Both the position numbers and the translations under genes were made by a program. DNA of 52,088 nucleotides. It comes from Salisapilia sapeloensis CBS 127946. Its lineage: Eukaryota > Protista > Oomycota. Each line of letters starts with the position of its first letter. The stretch's first letter is position 1. The stretch is taken from NCBI GenBank assembly GCA_023334545.1, contig JAADVB010000127.1, positions 1-52,088 of the forward strand, written 5' to 3'. Below are positions 18,732-29,060 of this stretch, piece by piece. Under the pieces are notes generated by a model. That model saw nothing but the letters and a program-made list of their open reading frames with translations. It made no database searches and was not told where the DNA came from.

Positions 18732-20996
18732 ATGAGTGCTACGTGGGTCGAGTCGCAGCTCGCTACTGCCGGGATCGAGCCATCCCCTCCGCTGCCGTCC
18801 CCCGCCAAGGAGAGTCTATCAGACTATGTGCTCGACGGACGGGCGCTGTGTCTCCTCACCCAGGCCTTGGATCCGTCCTCGTCTCTACCAAAGAATCTGC
18901 AGCGGTCGCTCAGCAAGCCATCCATGTTCTACGCCATGGAGCGAGTCCAGTACTTCATCAAGTGGTGTCGGACGAACGGCGGACTGGGCGAACACAACAC
19001 GTTCACGACCGTCCATCTCTTTGATGAAAAGAACGACGACGCGGTGTTGGGGACGCTCAAGGCGCTTCAGAAGCGCTACGGTGGCGCCATCCCTCCTCCT
19101 GCGCCCGTCAAGGAAGCCGAGAGTCCAAACACCGACCCGGTATCTTCCCCTAAGGAACCTGAGCAGGAAGAGCACCTCTCTCCCGTCCAAAAGTCTCGAG
19201 AGAAGACGGCGAGCGGCACCAAGCTGAATGACTTTCTGTCCAAGTTCGATCCGAATGCTAGTGGAACATCCACTCAGCGCACGGATGTCAAGGAAGAGAG
19301 CGACAGTGAAGAGGAGGAGCCGCCTGTGGTTGACATGGAAGAGGAAGCAGAGGAAGAGCGTCCGCAAGTATCTCGATTGCGCATTCCGTCGATCTTTAGT
19401 CGCAAGACTGGCAGCACTCCTTCCGAAGCTGCTAGTCGACCTTCCTTGCTAGAGGCCATGACCAGTCGGCGTGGCAGTCTCTTCTCCCGTTTCCAGAAGA
19501 AGGCGCCGGCAGAGGAGACCAAGCCAGAGCCTAGTGCTACTGAGGATGGTCCGTATCCGAGTCCTGGCACACCAGAAGACGCCGAGGCCTCGACGCCTCT
19601 GGCCAAAGAACCTGTCAAGAAGCCGTCCAAGGCCAGCGGAGGCTCCTTGTCTGACTTTTTGAGCAGCGTCCAGATCGCCCAAGTGGGTGGCGAAAAGAAG
19701 GCTCAGGCGACGGAGGGAGAAGCGGAGGATGCGTCCAAGGGCAGTCGACTCAATGCTTTCCTGTCCACCAGTCGTCCAACTGCTTCGTCTTGGATATCGG
19801 AGGAAGATGACGACAAGAGCAAAGAGAGAGCGACGTCTCTCCTGTCTGCTTCGTCCTGGGTGTCGGAGGAGGAGCAGGACGGACGAGACCGCATGACATC
19901 GTGGGTGTCGGAGGCGCCAGACGCTGCGTCACCTCATCCGCAACGCATGTCCGCCAAGGATCGCAAGTCGTCGTACTTGTCCACAACGTCGTGGGTGTCG
20001 GAAGACGCAGACGCGCCTGTTCGAATGGCGAGGGGAGTGTCCACTACGTCTTGGGTATCGGAAGATATGAATGCTCCAAGTCGTGTCACGCGTGGCATCT
20101 CGACGACGTCGTGGCTGTCCGAGCCAGAGACGACGGCTGCAGCTCCTTCGGACGACGACGCGTTGCTGCTCCACGAGAAGAACGAGGCCATCCGACGCAT
20201 GGCCAAGGACCGAGCGAGTCTTCAGAATGCTCTGAGTCTCCTTCGATACAATGTCCAGAACGGAGGAGCGGACGACACGAAGGAGTTGGAAGACGTGCTG
20301 CTCTTGTTGCACGAAAAGAACGAAGCAATTCGTCGTATGGACCAGGAGAAGAAGAGTCTCCAGATGCAACTGAGTCTGGAAAAGTACAAGACGACGACGA
20401 ATGGACAGGTCAAGGAGATGGTGAGTCGCTTGAACGGTCTGGAGGCGGAGAAGGAGGAGCTCGCTCTCCAGCTCCACGACAAGAACCAAGCCATTCGCAA
20501 CATGGAAAAGCACCGGTCGGAGCTTCAGGCCAAACTCAGTCTGTCTCGTTACAACGCCTCCAGCAAGTCTGCAGACAGCAAGGAAGAGGAGCTGGCGCTG
20601 CTTGTGCACGAGAAGAACGAGGTCATTCGTCAGATGGAGAAGCACCGGACCAACGTCCAGGCGCAAGCCAGTCTGGCTCTGTACAAGACGGCGAATCCGT
20701 CTGCCAAGAGCAAGGAAGAGGAACTGACGCTACTCGTGCACGAAAAGAACGAGGTTATCCGGGCTATGGCCAAGCGGCTGAACGCAGTGCAGGCCACGGC
20801 CAGTCTGGCCACGTACAAGAGCGCTAGTGGTAAAGTTGAGTCGAGTGGCTCGAAGGAACTAGAGGACAGAGTGGCGCAGTTGGAAAACGAGTTGGCACGG
20901 GCGAAGGACACGGCCGACGCTGCCCGGTACTCTGCCCAGATGGCCTTTCAGCAACGAGACGAGATGGAAGCCCAGTTGGATGCGCTGCGTAATTAG
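18732..20996 (+). CDS. Calponin-homology (CH) domain protein with a disordered Ser-Trp repeat linker and a repeated coiled-coil C-terminus
   Basis: First ATG at 18732. LDGRALCLLTQAL..FYAMERVQYFIKWCR..TFTTVHLFDEKNDDAVLGTLKAL resembles a single calponin/transgelin-type CH domain, followed by low-complexity sequence and repeats. Confidence 0.8.
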   Translation: MSATWVESQLATAGIEPSPPLPSPAKESLSDYVLDGRALCLLTQALDPSSSLPKNLQRSLSKPSMFYAMERVQYFIKWCRTNGGLGEHNTFTTVHLFDEKNDDAVLGTLKALQKRYGGAIPPPAPVKEAESPNTDPVSSPKEPEQEEHLSPVQKSREKTASGTKLNDFLSKFDPNASGTSTQRTDVKEESDSEEEEPPVVDMEEEAEEERPQVSRLRIPSIFSRKTGSTPSEAASRPSLLEAMTSRRGSLFSRFQKKAPAEETKPEPSATEDGPYPSPGTPEDAEASTPLAKEPVKKPSKASGGSLSDFLSSVQIAQVGGEKKAQATEGEAEDASKGSRLNAFLSTSRPTASSWISEEDDDKSKERATSLLSASSWVSEEEQDGRDRMTSWVSEAPDAASPHPQRMSAKDRKSSYLSTTSWVSEDADAPVRMARGVSTTSWVSEDMNAPSRVTRGISTTSWLSEPETTAAAPSDDDALLLHEKNEAIRRMAKDRASLQNALSLLRYNVQNGGADDTKELEDVLLLLHEKNEAIRRMDQEKKSLQMQLSLEKYKTTTNGQVKEMVSRLNGLEAEKEELALQLHDKNQAIRNMEKHRSELQAKLSLSRYNASSKSADSKEEELALLVHEKNEVIRQMEKHRTNVQAQASLALYKTANPSAKSKEEELTLLVHEKNEVIRAMAKRLNAVQATASLATYKSASGKVESSGSKELEDRVAQLENELARAKDTADAARYSAQMAFQQRDEMEAQLDALRN
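19785..20123 (+). repeat. Six copies of a [S/T]SW[VIL]SE peptide motif
   Basis: SSWISEE, SSWVSEE, TSWVSEA, TSWVSED, TSWVSED, TSWLSEP. Confidence 0.85.
20151..20817 (+). repeat. Five copies of a ~33-aa coiled-coil repeat LLxHEKNExIRxM...LQxxxSLxxY
   Basis: LLLHEKNEAIRRMAKD, LLLHEKNEAIRRMDQE, LQLHDKNQAIRNMEKH, LLVHEKNEVIRQMEKH and LLVHEKNEVIRAMAKR, each followed by SLxxY. Confidence 0.85.
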
Positions 20997-21549
20997 ATTT
21001 GGTCCTTCGGGGCGTTTTGGCTTGTGAAATGAACACCTTTTTGCATACTTTAAGCAGTTCTTGGCATATTTAAAGCGTCGGTTGTCGTAACTGCTTTTTG
21101 TAATGCGCAGGAGCAGAGTATATGGGCTTTGTTAGAGATGTGCTCATGTGGAGCAAAGCAGTGTTCGCTATGCTTCCTGCCATCAAGTCATTTCGCTCGT
21201 AGTGAGACTGAAGATTTGAACTCTTACGTTGGAAGGCCGTGCGCGAGGGTCGTTGTAGTAGTATGAGTCTCTAGGTGAGGCTGTGAAAGTGACTTGTTCA
21301 GCGCCCATCAGTGCGCTTCTTGGCTTCTTCCATCTTGCGTCCATGTTCAAGCATCCTATAAAAAGCATCTGCGTTTCCACCAATCAAGGCAATCAGAATG
21401 TAGATAAACGTACTATAATTGGGTGAAAATAAATGTCGGATGATTTGCTCACTTTCCATCGAATGACACTTTAAATGGAAATCTAGACGAAGAGGTTTCC
21501 ACGCTACTTGATATATGAGATTAAAAAGATATATGGACTTCTATATTGC

Positions 21550-22907
21550 TTAGATGGAATCGGACTGGTATCCGGCGAGACTGCGACGTAGGATGAGTGC
21601 TCCACTTGCACCTGCAATGATGAAGACACAGGCGACACACGCGATGAGGCCGAGGACGTTGACGCGACTGACTAGGTACGAAACCAAGTCTTCTTTCGTC
21701 CACTCAGGACACGGCCGGCAGTCCGCCACTTCATTTAGGGCGCCATTGGTATCATCCGGATCTCGCTCAACAATCGTCTTGCCCTCTTGGCACTTTGAAT
21801 CGGACGTGCTGTTGGTGCAAGTAGCATACGCATTGTCTTTCTTTTTATACACGCCGACGCACTCGACCAACTCATCTCCGTTGGTAGTGCAGTTGGAGCA
21901 CTGGCTTAGGCTCAGTTCACATGCCAGCGTGTCAGACGATGGGAGATCCACAAAGTTCCTTGCCACTTTGTCTGCTTGAAGGAAGGCACCAAAGGCGACG
22001 ACGACCATGGCTACGAGTGCAATAGAGATGCCTCCAACGTACTATTCATGTCTTTAATTTGTGGTAAGATGGAGAAAGGGGATGTGGACTTACGATAAGG
22101 AGCATGTTGCGACTTTTGGCTCTGGAACCGATGACTCCGATGACGGAGAGTGCTAGTAGAAGAGCCCCAGCGACGAGGAAGATGGTAGCAATCCAGTCTT
22201 GGTCGGTCGTGAGCTCTGCTCTCGACTTGAAGACGAGACCGATGGAGAAAATCACTATCTTCAGATCAATATAATTGATCTTTCATGACACTAGACAGGT
22301 ACGTACCAATGCCGAGGCAGAGGAAGTGGAAGTTGAGAACGCCAAGCATGCTCTTCATGACGATGGGGACGGTGAGGATGCGGATGACGCAATACATGGC
22401 CGAGAGTACAAAGATAAGGCAGGCTAAGGCCACGCTTCCAAGGATGGTGGCACGCTCATGGACGTAGCTTTTGGCGTCCTCATACGTGTGACAGCAGCTC
22501 TGTTCTCGTAGCGCATCGAGACTGTCAGTTCGCCAATGGTGCTTGATATAAGCATCCAATAGCTCTTGATAGCTGAAGGCGACGTATATACTGACCAGCA
22601 AGGCCGCCACGAGTGCAAAGTTGAGGTAGAAATAGACGAGCAATGGCCTGCTCTTCTCACGTTTCGCGCCGAAGAATCCAAGTAGAGATAATAGAGAGAT
22701 TAATCTAGTCGCATGAAAATCGATGAGATGATTTCTAAATGAAAAAGGCAGAGATGGGGACACTTACAGGCCGATCAAGCTCACGATCGCAGCGCAGAGC
22801 TTCCAATTGGCATGGATGGAGATGTGGATGCCGAGCGCGAGGAGAGCCAAGCCTCCTCCGAACGACAACAAGGTCAGCACGCGGAGGACGGTCCGTGCTG
22901 CTTGCAT
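21550..22907 (-). CDS. Tandem double tetraspanin-like protein (about 8 TM), 4 exons
   Basis: ATG 22907; introns 22767-22705, 22306-22256, 22093-22042. Unit 1: TM2-loop-TM3 LLSLLGFFGAKREKSRPLLVYF and a loop with QSCCH. Unit 2: ALSVIGVIGSRAKSRNMLLIY, an 8-Cys large loop ending CRPCPEW, and TM4. Confidence 0.8.
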
Positions 22908-23059
22908 CGGATTTTCGGGTGGAAGGTCTCACTTGAACCCACTTGGATTCTAGCCAATCCAGTTGATGGACAATAGTAGTATCCAATCGCAAGCGTAGTC
23001 GTTTTAAAAACCATAACGAAAAAAAGAAAAGAATTTGGATACAAAATTAGTAACTATTC

Positions 23060-24505
23060 TTACGCAGCGAGCACTGCTGGGTCCTCGACTTCGGTCTCTG
23101 CGTCAGATGAAGGTCTGGACTCTCTGTCCTTATGAACGACTTCGTCCACGAGAGCGTCCATTGCGTCCGAAACCTCATTCGCGCCGACCGAGTCGGTATC
23201 CTTTACACTTTTGGGCGCATTCGATGGCTCGGACTCGGCTACGCCTATGTCATCAACTGCCACATCATCATCCGTACCCTTCGTGTCCTCCTCATGTTCA
23301 GTTACCGCTTGCACAGGTGTTTCCGTTGAATTGGGCGTCTGGTGCACGACTTCATGCTCCGATCCGTCCTCCTTTCCAGAATCCTCCGTGTCCGTATTAC
23401 CGTCCTTGCCATCGTCCTCATCGGCAGAAGTCTCCTTTTCTACATCCTTCGTTTCTTCCTTTACACTTTCTTCCGCTGGATCCTCCGCTTCCTTTGGGGC
23501 TTCTTCAGGCTCCTTTGTTTCTTTTACTCCTTCGTCAGTTTCCTCTTTCGGTTCCTCCTTCGTTTCCGATTCAGTTTCAGGTAGAGTTGTATCCGTCTCC
23601 TCTACAGCAAGATCTTGCGCTTTGCATTCCGGTTGGCTTTCCTCCACTTCCGCGCTTGTTTCCTTTTCATACTCTTCGGTTTCCTTCTTATCTTCAACCA
23701 AATCTTCGGCTTGTGTTTCCTTTTCAACATCCGCTACGTCTTCCGTTTTCTCTTGACTTTCCTTTGCATCTTCTTTACTCACTTTACTGCCATTTGAATC
23801 GGCCGAGAGGTCTTCTTCTTGGATGGGTGATTGCATATCTTTCTCATCCGTCGCCAGCAGATCTACCACTTCATTCGAACGGAAAGATTCCGGTGACGCA
23901 TTCACGTTCGCATACTCCTTGCTGTTGATGTTGTAGTTGTACTGGTTCTGCTGAGCAGCAGCATTGCTGTAAAAGTTGGCAGTGGAAATGTTGCTCACGG
24001 GTGGTCCGTTCGTACGGTTACTGTTAAACAGGTTCATACTACTCGTCGCGGATCCGGATCCGGCATTGCTCTTCGATTGGCTGCTAGGAGCACTGCTCGG
24101 ATCGATGAAGGAAATGTTGAAGGAGGATACGTGGGACCGAACGGTGGACGGCATCTCCAACATTCGGCGGCTGCTATCCAGTTCCAGTCCTGAGCTCTCT
24201 ATCTGCTCTTCCCCACGGCGACTGGAGGCGTACTGGCGACTCGTTGGCGGAGGCCGTCGAGTCGTGGGTGGCATCTTCGGCAGTTCTTCCGGGACGTTGT
24301 CGGCCGTCTCGAGAATGCTTTCATTATTGTACTGCTTCGTAGCAGAGTCTTCCGTGGGCGGAGAACTGGGGGTCTTGGCGTCGACAGGCGCCTCTTCAGC
24401 GACGGCGTGGGGCACGGGCTTCAACGCGGCCGTCGCGTCGGCACGAGGTGCAGGTGCTGCGGGACGCTCGACGACGTCGTTTGGTTTAGACTGAGAGCAG
24501 CCCAT
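23060..24505 (-). CDS. Predicted N-myristoylated/palmitoylated, acidic, intrinsically disordered protein (481 aa)
   Basis: Starts MGCSQSK (Gly2, Cys3, Ser6, Lys7); long ORF with a Glu/Asp/Lys/Thr-rich C-terminal half; no folded domain recognised. Confidence 0.75.
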   Translation of the reverse strand: MGCSQSKPNDVVERPAAPAPRADATAALKPVPHAVAEEAPVDAKTPSSPPTEDSATKQYNNESILETADNVPEELPKMPPTTRRPPPTSRQYASSRRGEEQIESSGLELDSSRRMLEMPSTVRSHVSSFNISFIDPSSAPSSQSKSNAGSGSATSSMNLFNSNRTNGPPVSNISTANFYSNAAAQQNQYNYNINSKEYANVNASPESFRSNEVVDLLATDEKDMQSPIQEEDLSADSNGSKVSKEDAKESQEKTEDVADVEKETQAEDLVEDKKETEEYEKETSAEVEESQPECKAQDLAVEETDTTLPETESETKEEPKEETDEGVKETKEPEEAPKEAEDPAEESVKEETKDVEKETSADEDDGKDGNTDTEDSGKEDGSEHEVVHQTPNSTETPVQAVTEHEEDTKGTDDDVAVDDIGVAESEPSNAPKSVKDTDSVGANEVSDAMDALVDEVVHKDRESRPSSDAETEVEDPAVLAA

Positions 24506-27305
24506 GACAATGACAATAAAATAGGCAAAAGCTTCGCGAAGGTGACGGTTCTTTGGTTTCTGCCGGAAATCGTTGCATGCCTGACAGAAAAAGGAATTGA
24601 AGTCTGGTCATGCTGCGGGATAGAGGTCGGTCCTCGTCAAAAGGAGGTACATTACAGGTGTATGTTTGCTATTTAGGGCCGACGAGTCCACACTGGCGTG
24701 CAAAGTGTATCAACAATTTGGCATTTGAAAGAAATAAGAGGCAGAGGAAAGCTACTGTGGCTTTTAGAGTGCGCTCTCTTCTTTTTAAAGGTTACCAGCC
24801 TATTCTTGGATGGACAGTAATGAAGATGATAAAGTAGGCTAATGAAGTACTAGGCGTGATAACTCAACTCTGCTGTGTTCAGTATTTTTATCATCAATAA
24901 ACATAATAACACCGAAAATGCCATGTAGCCGAGTGTTGACTTTTTAGTATCACTTTTCACAGGTTCTGGCCATATTTGATGTGTCTGCATACGACCGAGA
25001 ACCGTAATCTTCGACTCGCGTTCTGTACCCACTTGGCAGAATTTCCTTCACTGCATAGCACAACAGTGCTATCGAGTTGATTCATATTTGGATTAAAGGC
25101 CTGTAGCTTGGTCATCATTCGACTGCAATAACGAAACAAATCGAAGCTTTCTCTGCCTTTAATCGTTTATCTCAGGGATTTCTGCACAAGCTTAGTATCC
25201 ATATTGCGAACAGTACCGTATAGTCGGTCTAGCTATCGAAAGTTTTGTGCAGATAAAGACTTTAAAGAGCATTAAGGCCCATAGAACTTTGACCAGCCTA
25301 AGTTTCAATATCGACGATGAAGCGCTAAGCGATCAAATTTGGCTTTTAATTGGATCACAATAGTCCTTACTTTGGGGCGTCGTGAAAAAGAAGATGTAGC
25401 TTAAGATTGCCCTAATGTTCGTAGACTTAAATGCCTCTAAAGATAGGTTAATTACAATGATAATATGAAGACCCAAAGCTGTCACAGTCGACTATTGAAA
25501 AGGCTGGGAACATTATAAAGTCATCTAAATTAGTATATGGAAGTAAACGGGCGCAGTAAATCAATACTGTGTGGTCTCTATGCGTTGATCGGTGAAAAGG
25601 AGGCATATCATCAGATAAAATGTCTGGCATTCACCTTTCGATCGAAAAGATTGGTAGAATGTGCGGGTGGTGGCATCAAGAAGAATTAGTTGGACTAGAG
25701 CCAAAGTCAAACGACCAGGTGCTTGCGTTAGCCTTCATAGAGCTACCTGGAAGGAGCGTTTTGGTAGAGTGATATAGTAACCTTGGTTTCGTTGTTTGGA
25801 AGCTGCCTACTTCGTTGTTATCTGAATCAAATCTACCCAAGCAACCTGAAACTCAGCCATACATCAAGAGCTGAATTTCCCTGAGACAACTCCAAAGCTC
25901 TTTTGCTTCATTCGATATTCTTACAACAAAATCTTGCCTTTGTAAAAAGGATACCATGGAGCTATTTCTTGCTTTTGTATTTAGCTCCGATACGATACTC
26001 AAGTCTATTTCGGTGGAGATATTTGACACGCAAATTGGCTTAACCAGCTGTAGGTGTTGAACTTGTGTTGAAATATGACACAAAACTGATAAAAAAGACA
26101 ACATTACCTGGATGAGATCTACCTAGCTACGAAGGCTATAACTGCGCTCACGGTGGGATTTGGCAGTCTGTAATTCTTTCTATGGGATGATGGGTAGTGC
26201 ATGGCTGATGAGCGCTTTAAGACATCAATATGGAGGCAAAGTGAGATGCGAATGTTAGGTAGATGTCTTTTGCATGGGCTCTACACGAAAGCAGCCGAGA
26301 AGACTCAGCTTTGATCAAGTCTTGCATGTACGTGATCATTCTTTTCTGACTTGTGTATGGAGAGGAATGGTTCTCTAATTGCTGCTCAGATTATGCTTTA
26401 AAGCACGCGGCTACATCGTATGAGTGTACATTGTAAAGAAGTGGATCCTCCTCAAGGGTCTTTTTGCATATCTATACATGTTGGGACTGTGCATGGCGTC
26501 AGGGCAGTCGCTACGCATACGCGTGCATCGAAAACAGCTTATATTCATACGGCATGCACAATAGTTTAAATTCAAGCAAAAGGCTGATTTCCACTTTCGC
26601 TTATAAAGACGAGCCGAGGAGCACGCTACGTCTGACTTTCAACAGGTCGTTATGCGCACGACATTTCTTGCGCATGTGCAGTTGCTCGATGCTCTGTCTT
26701 GTGCTCCTTCTCGTCATACCGCATCCACGCCATGCTGCGTCACACTCCTTACCCAACTGCGCCAGTCTCGAAACCGCGTGAGCTGGACCTGAGTAGCGGG
26801 CATGAAATTCAGCAAGCAACTGATTGAGAGTATCTTTTAACCTCATGATTGATCTAAAATTCCCTCGAGTCGTCGTCGGCATCCATGGCTGTGGACTGAC
26901 TTCACGTCGAGAGCAATTGGCAGAGCAAAATTGATTTGTTATTATCCAACTGCATTTCAGGTTCGTCCTTGGTTTCCATCCTGACTGAACCAAATGTCTC
27001 TTTGACCAGTGGATGTACAAGCTACTGACTGTTGTCATGGCGTCGCAAATGTCTCGAGTCGTCTACATTGCTCGACACTGCACTGCCACTCTCCTGTACA
27101 TGTCGACACTTCCCCATCTCAACTGAAAAATTTTCCATTGCTGTTTGATCGGTGTCTTCGGATACCTGGTTATACTCTCGTAGCTCTCTCTGGCAACCTA
27201 CGCGCTGAAAGAAAACCGACAGAGGAATTGAATACATACTTCATTATCATGTGCATTGCTTTCTTTGAATCAACATGCAATATACAAGAGTCCATCCTTC
27301 TCCAC

Positions 27306-29060
27306 TTATTCGGTCACGAATTGCTGGAAAATGTCGCTGTTCAAAAGCTCGTCGTGACGACTGATGAATGCCAGGATCGCGTTGAACTTGCGCTGCCGAC
27401 GGGCGATTGTCTCTTGGTTTTGACGACCTCGTAGGTAGTTGAGCACACCTGTCGTTGGCATGATCGGTAGCTCATCGCAGTGGGGTAGTCCAGACTGCTC
27501 CAACGCAGCGTACATATCCGCAAACTCCGTGTACCGCTTCAGATTGGGCGTATCCCACACCGGCTCCTTGTCCTTAGTGTTGTCGATCTTTTGCAAATGG
27601 TACATGGCCACTCCCTTGTGATCAGAGGTATTGACCACGACGTACTCTTCTGCTGGTTCATCCGCTTCCGCCGTCTCCTCTTCAGCTTGATTGTCTTCCG
27701 TTGAAGTCGTCTCTGCTTCCTTGTTTTTCACTGAAGTTTCTTCAACTTGATTGTCTTCCATCGGTGTTACCTCCTCTTCCTTTACTGACGTCTCTTCCTC
27801 TTCTTTTTCTTCCATTGGAGCCACCATCTCTTCACCCTTGGATGGTGCCACCTCTTCTTGTTTCTCCTCAGTTGGGGTCGTGTCTTCCTTCTCGACCGGT
27901 GTGACTTCCTCTTCCCTTTCTTCCGTTGGAGCAACCGATTCCTTCTCCTCACTAGGAATTGCTTCAGCCTGCTTTTCTTCTGTGGTAGCCACCTCTTCCT
28001 CTGATGACGTAACTTCCTCATGCTTTTCTTCCACTGGAGTTACCGCTTGCCCCTCCTCAATCGGTGTCGCTTCAACTTGCTTTTCTTCCTTCGGAGTTAC
28101 CACTTCTTCTGCTTCGATTGGCGTCGCTTCAACATGGCTGTCTTCCACTGGAGACACCTCTTCCTCCTTCTCCTCAGTTGATGCCGCCTCAACGTGGTTG
28201 TCCTCCACTGGGGCCGCCTCCTCCACCTTTTTTTCTTCCTTCATTGGTGCCACCTCTTCTTCCTTCTCTTCACTTGGAATCTCTTCCTCTGTTTTGTCCT
28301 CGACTGGAGTGGCATTTGATTCCACAGCTTCGGTTGGAGCGACCTCATCTTGCTTCCCTTCCGTCAGATCCACTTCTTGTTCTTGTTCCAGTGGAGTCAC
28401 CTCCTCTTGTCTGTGTTCAGTTGGTGACACGTCCTGCTCCTTCGCAAAGGTCACTTCAACGTGCCCATCCTCCGTAGGGGCGTCCTTTTCTTCCTCTGTT
28501 CCCGCGGGAGCCACCGCCTCTACTTTTTCTGCCAAAGGTGCCTCTTCAGGTTGCCCATCTTCAAGTGAGGCCACCTCCTCTCGCTTCTCCTCGATTGAAG
28601 TTTCTGGTTCTTCATGGGAGTCGGCGGGGATAGATGTCTCCTGCGTCGGAGCGTCTTCATGCGAAGCCTGTGCTTCCTCGTTTGGAGAGTCTTGGGCTGG
28701 TGTATCCTTATCTTGCAAAGACAGTCTCTCATCCTCATGTGTTTCAACGTTGTCATCCTCTTCCTTGATGGCGGAAGGGACATCTACAGACGGCGTGGAA
28801 GCTTGTGCTTCTTGCGCTTCGTTCTTGTCCGAGATTGGGACGAACGAGTATCCCTGGTTATTATCGAGTCCTTGGATTTGCCCCTCCGAGCTCTTGGTGT
28901 ACTCTTCATCTTCCACATTGCTGTTGCTGGTTGGCGCTTGGGACAGCGGCAGGCTGTGTCGCTCCTCGTGGCTTGCTGTGGCCTTGTAAGCCTGTCTTGA
29001 TGGCGGGTTATTCTCGCGTGAAAGGACCTGGTCCTCTAGCTTGGACTGCTGGCAGCCCAT
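27306..29060 (-). CDS. Predicted dually acylated protein with a Glu-rich repeat spacer and C-terminal PX domain (584 aa)
   Basis: Starts MGCQQSK. C-terminal ~110 aa: EEYVVV..VAMYHL..KRYTEFADMYAAL..LPIMP..QETIARRQRKFNAILAFI..LLNSDIFQQFV, which gives the PX pattern RYxxF, PxxP, RRxxLxxYL and S..F..F. Confidence 0.85.
   Translation of the reverse strand: MGCQQSKLEDQVLSRENNPPSRQAYKATASHEERHSLPLSQAPTSNSNVEDEEYTKSSEGQIQGLDNNQGYSFVPISDKNEAQEAQASTPSVDVPSAIKEEDDNVETHEDERLSLQDKDTPAQDSPNEEAQASHEDAPTQETSIPADSHEEPETSIEEKREEVASLEDGQPEEAPLAEKVEAVAPAGTEEEKDAPTEDGHVEVTFAKEQDVSPTEHRQEEVTPLEQEQEVDLTEGKQDEVAPTEAVESNATPVEDKTEEEIPSEEKEEEVAPMKEEKKVEEAAPVEDNHVEAASTEEKEEEVSPVEDSHVEATPIEAEEVVTPKEEKQVEATPIEEGQAVTPVEEKHEEVTSSEEEVATTEEKQAEAIPSEEKESVAPTEEREEEVTPVEKEDTTPTEEKQEEVAPSKGEEMVAPMEEKEEEETSVKEEEVTPMEDNQVEETSVKNKEAETTSTEDNQAEEETAEADEPAEEYVVVNTSDHKGVAMYHLQKIDNTKDKEPVWDTPNLKRYTEFADMYAALEQSGLPHCDELPIMPTTGVLNYLRGRQNQETIARRQRKFNAILAFISRHDELLNSDIFQQFVTE
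27670..28630 (-). repeat. Degenerate ~11-12-aa tandem repeats (EEKxEEV[TAS]PxE / DxxVE[AE]TP), roughly 20 copies
   Basis: Examples: EEKEEEVAPMK, EEKEEEVSPVE, EEKQVEATPIE, EEREEEVTPVE, EEKQEEVAPSK, DSHVEATPIE. Boundaries approximate. Confidence 0.7.

Noticed and set aside
19901-20827. 308-aa (+, alternate frame) and 245-aa (-) ORFs inside the CH-domain gene
   Set aside because: Frame and antisense shadows of repetitive GC3-rich coding sequence.
23035-23928. 297-aa Pro/Leu-rich + strand ORF (and 23211-23756)
   Set aside because: Shadow of the acidic MGCSQSK gene on the opposite strand.
26601-27038. 145-aa minus-strand ORF downstream of the PX gene
   Set aside because: No family motif found; plausible random ORF or decayed sequence.
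27751-28989. 412-aa Ser/Thr-rich + strand ORF
   Set aside because: Reverse-complement reading of the Glu-rich repeats (GAA/GAG become TTC/CTC/TCx); no independent coding signal.
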